This document shows, in pieces, positions 50,393 to 62,632 of a stretch of DNA of 64,000 nt. The notes below the pieces were generated by a model. The model was given only the letters and a program-made list of their open reading frames with translations, was not told the origin of the DNA and did no database searches. The position numbers were made by a program, and so were the translations under genes. Positions within the stretch are counted from its first letter, which is position 1. Each line of letters begins with the position of its first letter. The DNA comes from Entomortierella parvispora E1425. Its lineage: Eukaryota > Fungi > Mortierellomycota. The stretch lies in NCBI GenBank assembly GCA_020891255.1, contig BQFW01000015.1, positions 2,294,001 to 2,358,000 of the forward strand, in the 5' to 3' direction.

Positions 50393-51807
50393 TTACTTGG
50401 AGTTCTCAGCAAGCCACTTGTAAGCGGCACTGAAATCAAGGTGCTCAAACTCCTTGTTGGCTGCCATTTGGTTGTACAGCTGCTGGGCCAAGGCACCGAG
50501 CATGACTGTCGACTTTGTGTCAACAGCAGCATTGACAGCCAGACGCAAGTCCTTGGCCATCAAGGGCATGCCGAATCCACCTGTGTATCCGCGAGTGGCA
50601 GCAGAGTTCTCTAGGACACCGGGGCAAGGGTTGTAGACCTCACTGCTCCAACAACGACCGCTAGAGGTGTTGAGAATTCCAGCCAAGAGCTTGGGGTCCA
50701 TGCCCATACGAACACCCAAGTTCATGGTCTCCGAGGTGGCAATCATGGAGATTCCAAGAAGCATGTTGTTGCAAATCTTGGCCACTTGACCGTTGCCGTT
50801 GGTTCCACAGTACACAATGTTCTTGCCCATCTTTTCAAGGTATGGCTTGGCAACATCAAAGTCCTCAGTCGAACGCGATCCAACCATGAAGGTAAGAGTT
50901 CCAGCCTGTGCTCCTCCAGTGCCTGTTGTTGTAAAAAGGCCAATTTCAATTTGAGGTGAGTGAATGTGATTCGTTTTGTCAGGGGGTCTGTTTGACCATG
51001 GTTCAATTGATAGTTCGCGCTATTTCTTGTGCTCCTACCTCCAGAAACGGGAGCATCAACAGCCTTGGCACCCTTTTCTTGAAGGACCTTAGCGACACGG
51101 GTAGCCATGGACTGATCAATGGTCGAGGCATCAACGACCAAGTGGTTCTCACCCAAGCCCTCCAAGAGACCATCCTTTCCAAAGTAAACGCTCTCAACAT
51201 GCTGCGAAGCAGGGAGCATGGTCACAATCACAGTAGCCTCCTTGGCAACCTCCAGAGGGCTCTTGGCGACCTTGACCTTGTCCTTGTTGTTGGCATCAGT
51301 GTTGTGATCCTTGAGAAAGTTGGAAGTGGTCGTCTGGTTGATATCGTAGATAATAAAGTCGGCCTCATTCTTGAATCCGTTAAAGAGATTGGTGGCCATA
51401 GGGAGGCCCATGTTGCCGAGTCCAACGAATCCAATCCTCATGACCTTGGACTAAAAAAGAAGCAAAAAAAAAGAGAGTAGACGTGATGATGTCAATCACA
51501 GGGTCATGCGATCGTGGACACTGCGATGGTTGCTGACAAGGATCCTCGCGTGAAAGAAAGGCTTACATCTACAGAGAAGAGCGGGAGTAGAAATGAGTTA
51601 GCACGCGAAAAAAAAAAAAAAAAACGAGAAGGAGAGCCGTTCGAGAGGAAAGAAACCGACAGACTAGTCAGGCGGAGAAGGGGAGACGTGGGGTAAGAAA
51701 TAATACGTACCTGTGGACTTGAAGCGGAGAGTGGTCATGGGCGTGGCAACCTTGGAGACCAGGCGACCCTTGGACTGGGTGGAGCGGGTGAGGAAGGAAG
51801 CGATCAT
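50393..51807 (-). CDS. HIBADH: 3-hydroxyisobutyrate dehydrogenase, mitochondrial
   Basis: Presequence exon MIASFLTRSTQSKGRL, then IGFVGLGNMGLPMA, DAPVSGG, GTLTFMVG, AKICNNMLLGI, NTSSGRCWSS and GGFGMPLMAKDL. Confidence 0.94.
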
Positions 51808-52416
51808 GGTGGGCGAGGGATGGAGAATGAATGAGGAGTGAGAAGAGATGAGAAGAGATGAAGAGATGACGAACAACAGAAAGAAAGAGAAGAGAAAGAG
51901 ACAGAGACTGTTGTGGGGGTGAGTTCCTCCTTTGCCCTTCTTCCTTTGTTCTCCACACGAAAGTCGGTCGGCTCACTCTCATCAAAAAGAAGCGATCGTG
52001 AGAAAGTTGGGCGGTTGGTTCAGTGTCTGGATTTACATATCTTTTTTTTGTGCAAGGAAATAGCGCCCCCTTCCCTGATTCGACCTTTTTTTCTTTCTCT
52101 TTCAAAGTTTCGTGTGTGAATGCACCCCTCCCAACGAACTCTGGGGGCGAACGACAAGACGGCCATTGTGCGCAGAGTGGAGAAGCGCCTGCCGGCTGCA
52201 CTCACTCAGAGATCTGCCGATGACTAACCGTCTGTGTGATACCATGCACGGGTACTGCTGAACTGAGCTGCTCGAGTTCTTCCCCCTCTTTTTTCCCCAC
52301 CCGTTCTGTCCCTGCCTATTCTCTTTATTTCTCTCCATTCCTCTTCTCATTCCTTTTCTTGTCTCTTTCGTTTTCTTTGACCCACTTTCATTCCTTCATT
52401 TCAACTTGCATTCACA

Positions 52417-53700
52417 ATGACTGGCCATTCTATCCCATACTCTCGTATCCTTACAGGTAGAGTACCACCTTCGTCCTGTCCTACCGACCATACTTTGGCT
52501 CGCTCGGGAGAACGAGAGCAATTGATATTCGTCAGTGATGTACAGTAGCCGAAGACAATCTTTCCTCCCTTGTTGCTCCAACTCCTTGCAATCTGCAGCT
52601 GAAACTAATGCGATCTGGCGGACTTTTTTGTTTCCCTCTCCTTCCTTCTTCACAAAGTCGGCACCGGCGCCATCGGAGCTTATTACACCTGGCGCATGCA
52701 GCAGGCGGGCAATTGCACCGTCACCACCGTCTGCCGATCCAACTACGAAGCCGTCAAGGCCAAGGGTATTGAGATCCAGACCACGGCTTGGGGTGAGGGT
52801 CCTCATGTCTTCCAGCCAGACCGTGTTGTCAAGACTGTGCCAAGTGAGACGTTCGATTATATCCTTGTCTGCATGAAGGCATTGCCCGATGTTTATAGTA
52901 TCGCCGATATCATTGCACCTGCAGTCGAAGCATCTCCCGATGCAGCCATCGTGTTGATCCAGAACGGTATCGGAGTGGAGGATCCCGTCAAGAAGCGTTT
53001 CCCTCGTAACCCCATCCTGTCCTCGATCGCCTACATTGGTGTCACTCAGAACACTGCTGGAGTCGTCTTCCACTCTGGCCCCGTTCAAAGACTGGTGGTT
53101 GGACTGTTCGAGCCCATTGAAGGCATTGATACTGCTAAGTGTCTTAAAGAGTTTGGAGAGCGATGCAAACTCGGAGGCCTCGAAACTGTCGTCTCTGACG
53201 ATATCCAGAACTATAGATGGCAAAAGCTGGTCTGGTAAGTCCCGTCCTTCGCTGGCGCTTTTTTAAATGGTGGATACAAAACATGAAAGAGACATCTCTT
53301 TAACCTGATGTTGTCAAATAGGAATGGATCAATGAACCCTGTCTGCATCCTGTCAGATCTCTGGACCGTCTCTAACGTGCTCGCTGATGAAAAATACAAG
53401 GCCATGGCGCGCCAGACAATGACCGAAATCGCAGCCCTGGCCGAAGCTCTTGGTCACCCAATGCCTCCCACCCTGGTGGAGGTCAGCATGACCACCAGTG
53501 CTCGCCTCGCGGACGGATACAAAGCCAGCATGGTTGTTGACTTGGAGGAGGGCAGACCATTGGAGACCGAGGTCATTTTGCACAACCCCATCAGAATCGC
53601 TGAGGAGCGCAATCTGACTCATGTTATCCCAACCTGGTACAAGCTTTACTATGACCTTGTCAAGTACTTGGATGAGCGCAAGGCCTCTGGCAAGCTGTAA
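52417..53700 (+). CDS. Ketopantoate reductase (ApbA/PanE) family oxidoreductase
   Basis: ILTVGTGAIGAYY Rossmann motif, VLIQNGIGVE, RWQKLVWNGSMNP and YKASMVVDLEEGRPLETEVI. Confidence 0.9.
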
Positions 53701-53912
53701 ACGCAATGATATGGACCATACACCGCCAGATCGCCTCTATGCACGTGACCAGCATTTCAATGAATTGAAATAAAAAATAAAAAAAACGAGAAAAGAGCCC
53801 TCATTCCTCTCCATTCACTCCATTGAAAGAGCGGAGACACCCTTCTTCACTGCTTGCCCGCCCTCCTTTCTTCCTTTACTACCCTTCACATTCACCTCCA
53901 TCCACCCACACA

Positions 53913-56900
53913 ATGCCCAAGCTGCGCTTTGGTTCTCTCGATGTGCGTGCCACCGTGGCAACACTCCAACAGCAGTAAAATACCCACGCACTGTTGTTTC
54001 TCGAAGGGAACGCTCCTTGCTGCTCGGTGTGAACTAAGACGCCTTTACTTTACTTTCTCGCGTACTTAGGATCGTTGGTCTCCGTCTTCAAAACGTATAC
54101 GATGTCAACTCAAGGACATACCTCTTCAAGTTTTCAAAGGCAAGAAGGTGAAAAGAGTGTGTAAGCGTCGCGTGCTTGTCCAACGAGGCTGACCGCCCTT
54201 GCTCTCGTGTTTTTTTTTATCTTTGCCACGTTGACTTAGCCCGACCGGAAGGAGATGGTGCTGATCGAGTCAGGAATCCGCATGCACACGACCCTCTATG
54301 TCCGCGACAAATCTATTACCCCTTCAGGATTCTGCATCAAAGTAATTGACTCGAAGGCGAAGCAGTGACGACTGACCTTGTGGCAGTATGAGTCTCTTTG
54401 AGTCGACAGATCGAGGACTAACGCGATGGACTTTGCGCACATGCACATACACAAACAAATACATCTCTATGCTCTGGTCACACTCTAGATTCGCAAGCAT
54501 CTCAGGACACGACGTCTCACAGGAGTGAAGCAGCTCGGATCAGATCGCATTGTCGACTTTGAGTTTGGCGCTGATGACATTAACAACACATACCACATCA
54601 TTGCAGAGTTCTATGCTGCGGTAAGGATGAACTCAATAGCTCGAAAGACGATTCGATCTCAGCTGAGAAGGAAAAAAAAATGTTGATTTGTAACCTTTGG
54701 ATACTGCTGGAGGCGTGAAACAAAAGACTCACTGTGCTTCGCTATGCTGTCATTTTGGATTGCTTTCATAGGGTAACTTGATCTTGACCGACGGTCACTA
54801 CAAGATCTTGTCGATTCTCCGAGTGGTGCAACCCAATGAAAAGGTCAGGATGGCAGTCGGGGAGACCTATGATATTGGCGCGTTGACGCGTAGTTTTGAA
54901 CCCATCCAAAAGAATCAACTTGTCGACGTCTTGAAGGCTGCTGGACCCAAGGACATCTTGAAAAAGATCCTCAACACAAAACTTTGTAGGTGCCTTTGGT
55001 CTACTTTTTACTCATGGACATGGACAAGGGGGCATGCTAGCAGATTTCTAGTTGTTTTGCGCATCCGATCTGACCTGTTGAACCTTTTCTCATTCTTTGT
55101 TGATCTGGATATGGTGTACGTCCTCAAGTCTATGGACCGGCTCTTACAGAACATGCGATCTTGTCCGCCGAGCTGTCTCCCAATACTGTCATCTCGACCG
55201 GATTTGATATTTCAGAGGGATCACCGCAGGTCCAGGCGCTCTTTGAAGCTCTACAGGAGGCGGACAAAATTATTGAGGCAGGCGGAGGCGCAGAAAAGAA
55301 AGGATATATCATTATGCTCAAGCACAAGAAGAAGAACCCTGATGATCCAGAGGAAAAGGAGCTTGTCACGTAAAGTTGCCCTCTCGCGCTCCCCTGCGTT
55401 GACCAAGGCACTTGGAGAACAAACATCGCTAACTGGCCCTATTTTTTGTCGTTTCGATTTAGTTATGACGAGTTTCATCCTTTCCTCTTTGAACAGCACA
55501 AGCTGCAGACATACAAGGAGTTTGAATCCTTTGATGCGGCGGTGGATGAGTTCTTTTCCGCAATCGAAAGTCAGCGTCTGGAGGTCAAGAAGCGATCACA
55601 GGAGGAGCATGCCCAGAAGAAGCTGGACAGCGTCCGCATGGAACATTTGGGTCGAGTCCGAGGATTGGAGGAGGCTCAGCAACTGAACGTACTTCGGGCA
55701 GAATTGATCGAGGCCAACCTGGAGATGTGCGACCAGGCCATTATGATTATCCGGAATGCAGTCGCCACAGGCATGGACTGGAAAGATTTAGCCGATCTGG
55801 TGGAGGAGGAGCGGAAGCATAACAATCCCATTGCTCTCATGATTGATGCCCTCAAACTCGAGTCGAATCAGGTCTGTGTCATCTTGAGCGATCCTTACGA
55901 TGAGGAAGAGTATGATGAACAAGAAGAGGAAGGAGAAAACGACGATGAGGATGAGGACGACAATTTGGAGGCAGAGGACAGACATCAGCCCAAGGTCAAA
56001 CCAACTGTGCTTGTAGATCTGGATATCTATCTCACAGCTTTTGCGAATGCCCGAAAGTATTACGAGGTCAAAAAACAGTCGGCGATCAAGCAGGAAAAGA
56101 CCTTGGCCCATGCGTCCAAGGCCTTCAAGAGTGCAGAGAAGAAGATCCGCCAACAGCTCCAAGAAGTCAAAATTACGACTACAATCCAGCGTGCACGCAA
56201 GCCCTATTGGTTCGAGAAGTTTATGTGGTTCATCACCTCGGAGAACTATCTTGTCATTGCTGGACGGGATGCACAGCAGAACGAGATGATTGTCAAACGC
56301 TACATGAAAAAGGGAGATGTTTATGTCCACGCGGATATCCACGGTGCAGCCACGGTCCTGATCAAGAACCCCTCGGACAAGGATCCCATCCCTCCAAGCT
56401 CTCTCTACCAGGCTGGTATCATGTCGGTCTGTCAGAGTAAGGCCTGGGATGCCAAGATTGTCACATCAGCTTACTGGGTCCATGCGGATCAAGTCAGCAA
56501 GTCTGCGCCTACTGGAGAATACCTCACCACAGGAAGTTTCATGATTCGAGGCAAGAAGAACTTTTTGCCCCCAGTACAATTGGTCTACGGATTTGGATTC
56601 CTGTTCAAGTTGGACGAGTCCTCGATCGGTAATCACTTGAATGAACGCCATGCACCTAGACTGGAAGAGACTGAGGGCGGCGAGAACTCCAATCCTGCGA
56701 CACATGCCACAGCTAAGGATGCTGCTGAGAATGATCAGGGCGATGAGCATCAAGCAGCAGACAAAAAGGAGGATGAGCCTGAGGGACATGACGATCTCGA
56801 GGGATCCGATGGTTCTGATGATGACGATGACGAGAGTGAGGACCGTTCCGAGAATACTGTCGAACCACAAGAGACCGAGAGCCAGGGTACTAATACGCCC

Positions 56901-57453
56901 AAGTCTGCCCAGAGCCATGGCGATGATTCTGATTCCGAATCCGAGTCTGAGGCTGCAGAGTCTTCCGACGAAGAGTTCCCCGATACTCACATCCAGTTCA
57001 ACAAGTCGTCCCTTCACAAGGATTTGGCTCCAGTCAAACCTGCAGGAGACAAGTATGCACTTCAGGATTATGGTGATGATAGCAACGATGAGGGTGAGAA
57101 GGGAGGAGATGACACCTCCTCCTTGGCTTCGTCTGACCGAGCTCCTCAGAAGTCTGCCTATATTACTGCCAAGATGAGACGTGACATGAAGAAGGGCAAG
57201 GTTCCCGGATCCCAGACTGCCGAGTGTGAGGAGGGTCGTCATGAGGGTGCTGTTAGCCCCAAGCCTGTACCTGCCAAGAAACAGCAGCAGCAAGGTGGAG
57301 CCAAGAAGGGAGGTGCCACTGCTGCACCCACTCCCCCACCTATCAGTCTCCGTGGCAAGAAGGGCAAGGCCAAGAAGATGAAGGAGAAGTATGGCGATCA
57401 AGATGAGGAAGAGAGACAGCTCCGACTCGAACTTCTTGCTGTAGGTTTTCATT

Positions 57454-57488
<35 letters not shown>

Positions 57489-58353
57489 CTTACTGATTCT
57501 ATGGTTGTTTATCTTCTTTCTATATGCACTATAGCCTGACAAAGGACCTCAACTGAAGGGCAAGCGTGCCAAGAAGGAGGCCGAAAAGAAGGCCGAAAAG
57601 GCCGCCTTGTTGGAGAAGAGACGTTTGCAAAACGAGGACTATCTGAAGAGCAACCCCAAGGGAGGAGCCAAGGGTGGCAAGGCTGGAGGACCCAACAACA
57701 GAAGGTCCGAGAACAAGGGTAGATCTGAAGGTGAATTCCATGACCGAAAACCTCAAAGTGTTCCAGCGGCTGTGGAGGGGGGTGCCCTTGCGGACGAGGA
57801 CGAGGATGCTGAATCCGCTGCGCCTGCTTTGGACGCCAATGCGAACGAGGATGAGGCCGAGGAGGTGCGTCGCCTTTTGCAGGAAGAGAACATCAAGATG
57901 CTGGAGCCAGAGGAGACTGAGAACTTGACTGTCTTGGATGGACTGACTGGACGCCCTCTGCCCACGGATATCCTTCAGTTTGCGGTGCCAGTATGTGCCC
58001 CTTATGGAGCACTCCAAAAGTTCAAGTACAAGGTCAAGTTGATTCCTGGAACGATGAAGAAGGGCAAGGCGGTCAAAACTGCCATCAACCACTTTTTGGT
58101 CAATGTCAATGGCCACACCCCTCCTTCGAGTGCCGCATCCCAGGCGCTGAATGCCGATGGAACGAACGCGGTTGGTCTTTCGGGAGCTGAACTTCGAGAG
58201 GCTGAGGCGGCCTTGGAGATTCGAGAGAGGGATCTGATCAAGATGGTCAAGGACGAGGAGGCCATCAATGCCATGATTGGAAAGAGCAAGGTGTCTGCTC
58301 CCGGTGTCGAGTCTTCCAAGAAGAAGGGTCCTTCGAGCAAGGGTCGCAAATAG
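53913..58353 (+). CDS. RQC2: Ribosome quality control complex subunit Rqc2/NEMF/Tae2
   Basis: [108 protein letters not shown] and KYKVKLIPG. Confidence 0.95.
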
Positions 58354-58480
58354 AAGACAGAAACCCCATATGTATAAAATAATCGTTCATATCTTCACTG
58401 CATGCAGTGCACAAGAGCGCGTTTTTTTGATTTTTTTATTAATAATGAAGGGATATACAACGCGGAGGATCACTGCTTCT

Positions 58481-59649
58481 TTACAGCTCATCGCGAGCAC
58501 GCTTCTCGGCCTGCTCACGCTTGATCTGTGCAAGACGGGCCTTCTTGATGGAGGTGTTGACGTAGGTTCCAAAGGTGAAGGCGACCAAGTTGAAGAAGGG
58601 GACCCAGACATTAGGAGGCAAGAACTTTTGAGCAATGGCCATGGAGATGGGGGACAACATCCAGGAGGTCTTCATCATGGGCAAGTAACCCTGCTTGAAG
58701 GCACCCTTGATCTGGGCAGAAGTGCGGGCACCGGCAAAGAGGGCCATGGCCAAGATGTAGGCTAAAAAAAAAAGTCGAGCAGGATCAGGGGACATGTTAG
58801 TCATTGGAATGTTATCAACGATGACCATGCGAAGGACGACGGTCAAAACTAAACAAGGACGAGGACTTACTGGCGTTCTGGATGGGGGAGGTGATGAGCT
58901 GGGTGGACATGATCTGCGCAACCTTCCACTTGGCGCCCTCCTTGCCCATGAAGCGCTTGGTGACGAGCTCGAAAAGAGTGTGGGCCAAGGGACCGCTGAC
59001 CAAGAGACCTGAAAAGAAGCAAAGATAAAAAGGAAAAAAGTCATGTCAGTTGGATGGATGCCCTGAAGAAGGGGGGGAGGTTTTTTTCCTCTAACATTCG
59101 ACCTTCACCACCGGATAATAGATTTCCAGTCATCTCGTTTCGTTGTGCCGGTCGATCCCTGTCCGTTGCAAAGTTTCCAATTGTTCCTCCTTGTCCGTGG
59201 GAGGAAAAGGGTTGTTGTTGTTTCGTTTCGCCAGCGTGCTTTTTTGTTGAGTGTCACTCGAATATAATTTGTCCGTGGTCCGTCCCTGTGCTGGCTCGGT
59301 CGAGTTCTTTGTCCTGTTTTCTAGTCGAGCCGGTCCATGCCTGTTTTTCTAATGAGAGTATTTCGTCGATGGGGCATGCAACCTATGAATGAGCCCTTCT
59401 TTGTTCTTCTTTCTAATTACCATAGAGAGCCATCTGCACGACACGCTTGTTGATGCCAAAGATGAAGTCATTGGGGTTCTTTGACTTTGGCATGCCCGAG
59501 AGCTTGGTGGCGGTGATCTCCTGGAGACCTGAGAGGGTGCCGGAGGTCAAGGCCTTGGTGCGGAGGGGGTTGGCGGCGAGCTCCGTGAGGTAGGCGGTCA
59601 AGAGGGTGGAGGCAACAGAGCCCTGGGGGGCGGCAACAGCGGCGGTCAT
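58481..59649 (-). CDS. Mpv17/PMP22 family membrane protein (PXMP2-like)
   Basis: YLTELAANPLRTKALTSG, RVVQMALYG|FLVSGPLAH and MMKTSWMLSP..AQKFLPPNVWVPFFNLVAFTFGTYVN. Confidence 0.9.
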
Positions 59650-60886
59650 TGTGGGGTAATAAAGAGGGGGAGAAAGAGTGGGGAAAGCGAGGGAGGGTAT
59701 AGTTGAGTGGTGAATGAATGAGGAGAGAGGAAAAGAAAGAAAGAAAGGAAAAAGAGAAAAGAGATGAGACCCGAGAGAATGAACCAACAACAACACATTT
59801 CACTTCCGGGCCCATTCTTTTTCTTTTCCTAGGCCAAGAGGAACGGCTAGTTCTGTGCCCCACGGCAAGGAAAGGTCGCCATGAACAAGAAACAAGGGTG
59901 GATCCTCGTTAGAGTTCCATTTCGCAACAACAGCGGGGCGGGCAACAACTCGCTGCTCCACAATCCGATCGCTCGGTCGGGTGGGACGGGGCGGAGAGCG
60001 GACGGGGTTGGACGGGTTGAATGGGGTTGAGGTGGATACTCTGGCCTTCCATCGCCGTTGCTTGCTTTTCCTTTTATTTTCTTCTTTTGTTCCTCCGTTC
60101 TCTCCACCCTCTTTGCTATTCTCCATTCTCATCATTGTTGACCATTCAGGGACAGCTACTGCTTTCGTTCAAATACTGAATCATTTTTATTCGTATGGGA
60201 AAAAAAGGTGATATGAAAGCAATTGACCAAGGGGTGGGCAGGGTGCGGGCAAATGCCATAGATGCGAGCGGGGCATGTAGCAAGGAGGGAAAAAAAGGAC
60301 CTCCGTCGCTGCATGCAATTCGAGGCGGGGAGAATGGATCCTTGGGCCTCTGAAAGGTTGCCAGAGTATGGTTGTGTGTATTGGTTTTGGCTGGAAGGTT
60401 GGGTTGTGCCCGTTTCTTGAGCAGAAACCAACCTAGACAGACCCAAATGTTGGTGAAGAGGGACAGGGGCGCGAAGGGGGTCCGGGTTCATTCATCGATC
60501 TCAACCGTCGTCGCACATTGGGCTAGTGCCTGTCACAGAGGGCAAAGCACCGCAGGGGTGTGGGCGAGGTCCGAGTGAGAGTGAGGGAGGAGGGGACCAA
60601 GAAGAAAAATCATTCGACGGCATGGTTCCACACGGCCCAAGGAGAGTTCATTTTTGGTTTGGTCCTCGTGATGTCAGCCTGCAATTGTAGACAAAACAAA
60701 GAAGACGCGGCCATGGCAAGGACGGCTTGAAAAAGGACAAGGAAAAAAAGTGTGGATGATGGGATGAAAACGAAGGGCAAGGCGGCAAACAAGAATTTAC
60801 AGGAAGTTGGACTATGCAGGTAAAACAAAACTGGCGTGGCAAAAGAAGAAAGAGTGCGGGTCTGCGTGGGGATCCTATGCCTTTTT

Positions 60887-61493
60887 TTAGAGGGTCTGTT
60901 GCTCACCCCCGGTGTTGCCTTGGATGGTCATGTTGGCGAGTGAACCTCTGCGAGCAGGAACGGAGCCGTAGATGGGGTTAACGGGCACCGAGTGAGGGAT
61001 ATTCTCTGGTTGAGGATGCTCTGATCCAACGGTTGCATCCTTCTTGCCAGCCAAGGAGAGAGCGTAGTCGCCTGAATCGAAATATTTGCGCTTTTTTTTG
61101 TCATCGGGGGAGGAAAAGATGGACTGAAGGTGAGTAAAGATCACCTTGTCATCGATACCATCATGAAAAGACATCCTCCCTCTCTCCATCCTCTCTCAGT
61201 GTTCATCGTCCTTCTCATGAAGGAGACAACTACTGATGGATTGAAAGATGAAGAGTGCTTTTTTGGTCATAAAAAAGGACCCTTGAAAAAAGGCCTTGTT
61301 GCACCATGGCAGTAAAGAAAGTAAGAAAAAAAAAGCCATAGATCTGGTAGATTACCTGTTGGCCGAGAAGTGACTTTGAGAAGGAAGGAAGGCTACCGTA
61401 CTTGCTCTGCAACTTGGCGACCTGTTCGGCCATCGAGGATTCCATGGTGCTGTTACTGCTGACGCCCAAATGCTGGTCTTGATGGCTTTGCAT
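60887..61493 (-). CDS. IGO1: Endosulfine/ARPP19 family (Igo1/Igo2-like PP2A-B55 inhibitor)
   Basis: KLQSKYGSLP and the Greatwall/Rim15 site RKYFDSGDYAL, followed by VGSEHPQPENIP; one intron. Confidence 0.9.
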
Positions 61494-62632
61494 GAAAAAG
61501 TGGATTGGTAGGGTGGGGTGTGTTGTTTAAGGGATGATGTCTTTGTTGTTCGAGGGGTAAAAAAGGGAAAACTTTCAAGCCTTTCTTCTTCTTTACTCGC
61601 TGCGAGTGTTACTGATTTGTGGGAGAATGAGCGGGTGGTGGTGTGGAGGCGGGTAGGAAGGGGAAGGGTAGAGGAGAAGGTGGATAACAGTGGCAAGAAA
61701 AGGTGCTTGTGGAAGCGGTGAGGTTATGTAAAAGAGTAAAGATGGAAAGTGAGAGGAGGGGATGGGAAGGTAGAAAGTGCGTGCGAGAATAGGTCGAGGA
61801 TGGAATGGATAGTCAGTCAGTCCGGTGTCTTCAATGAACGAGGGGGGGGGATAGATACAGAAGGGTGAAAGGTGGTTGCCTGGTTGGTTGTGTTCAACGC
61901 AGCCAAAAGGGCAAAGTGAGGTGGGTGAGTTGTGTGATCAAGTGAAAGGGAAGGGATATGGGGAAGAGAAGAAAGAAGAAAAGAAACAAAAACGCTGCTT
62001 TTGAAGGACAATGACAGAGTGCATGTCCTTGTGTTCGGGGGCTAGCAATTGAGGGTTGCAACGGTGGGCCCACCGTCTGTGCTTTTGCTTGGGCGCAATG
62101 ACCCACAAACTATTTTTTTTTCCTTCTTTCTTTTCGTTTGGTACTTTTGGGCATCCAAGCGTACTAGGGGCGAGGTATTGTGGGGAAGGTCCAATCAAGG
62201 CCTGTCTGGATGAGGATAGAGTACATATAATACACCCAGCAAACAAACAGAGATCTGAATAAACGTATGGAATCCTTACTTTGAGACACACATAGCCATC
62301 GTCACCCCCCGCACCTGACCAGAGGACCTACCAGGAAAGCCCGGTTGTCCTGAATGTCCTTGAATCCTCGCGACTGACGCTCACCTGGACCCTGAGCAAC
62401 GGCGGCGTCTGGTTTGCCCTCCTCCGTGATAGGGCAGGTGGGATACACGCCCGCCTCCACCAGGCACGTCGGCCGCATTGAGAGCGTGAACGTGACCCCC
62501 GTTCGTCCTCCAAAATGATTGCCGTGGTTTCACAGCTCATGGAAGGACAAACAAAACGAAGGCGACGACTGGTGATGGTATGGCTGTTTGTGAGTTTTAC
62601 TGGTTTGTTTTTTTTATTCAAAGGGGGCGCCT

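Noticed and set aside
32881-59649. Possible peroxisome/autophagy cluster (PEX13, ATG6, Mpv17/PMP22)
   Set aside because: Only PEX13 and ATG6 are adjacent, I saw no shared motif, and this is ordinary housekeeping gene order.
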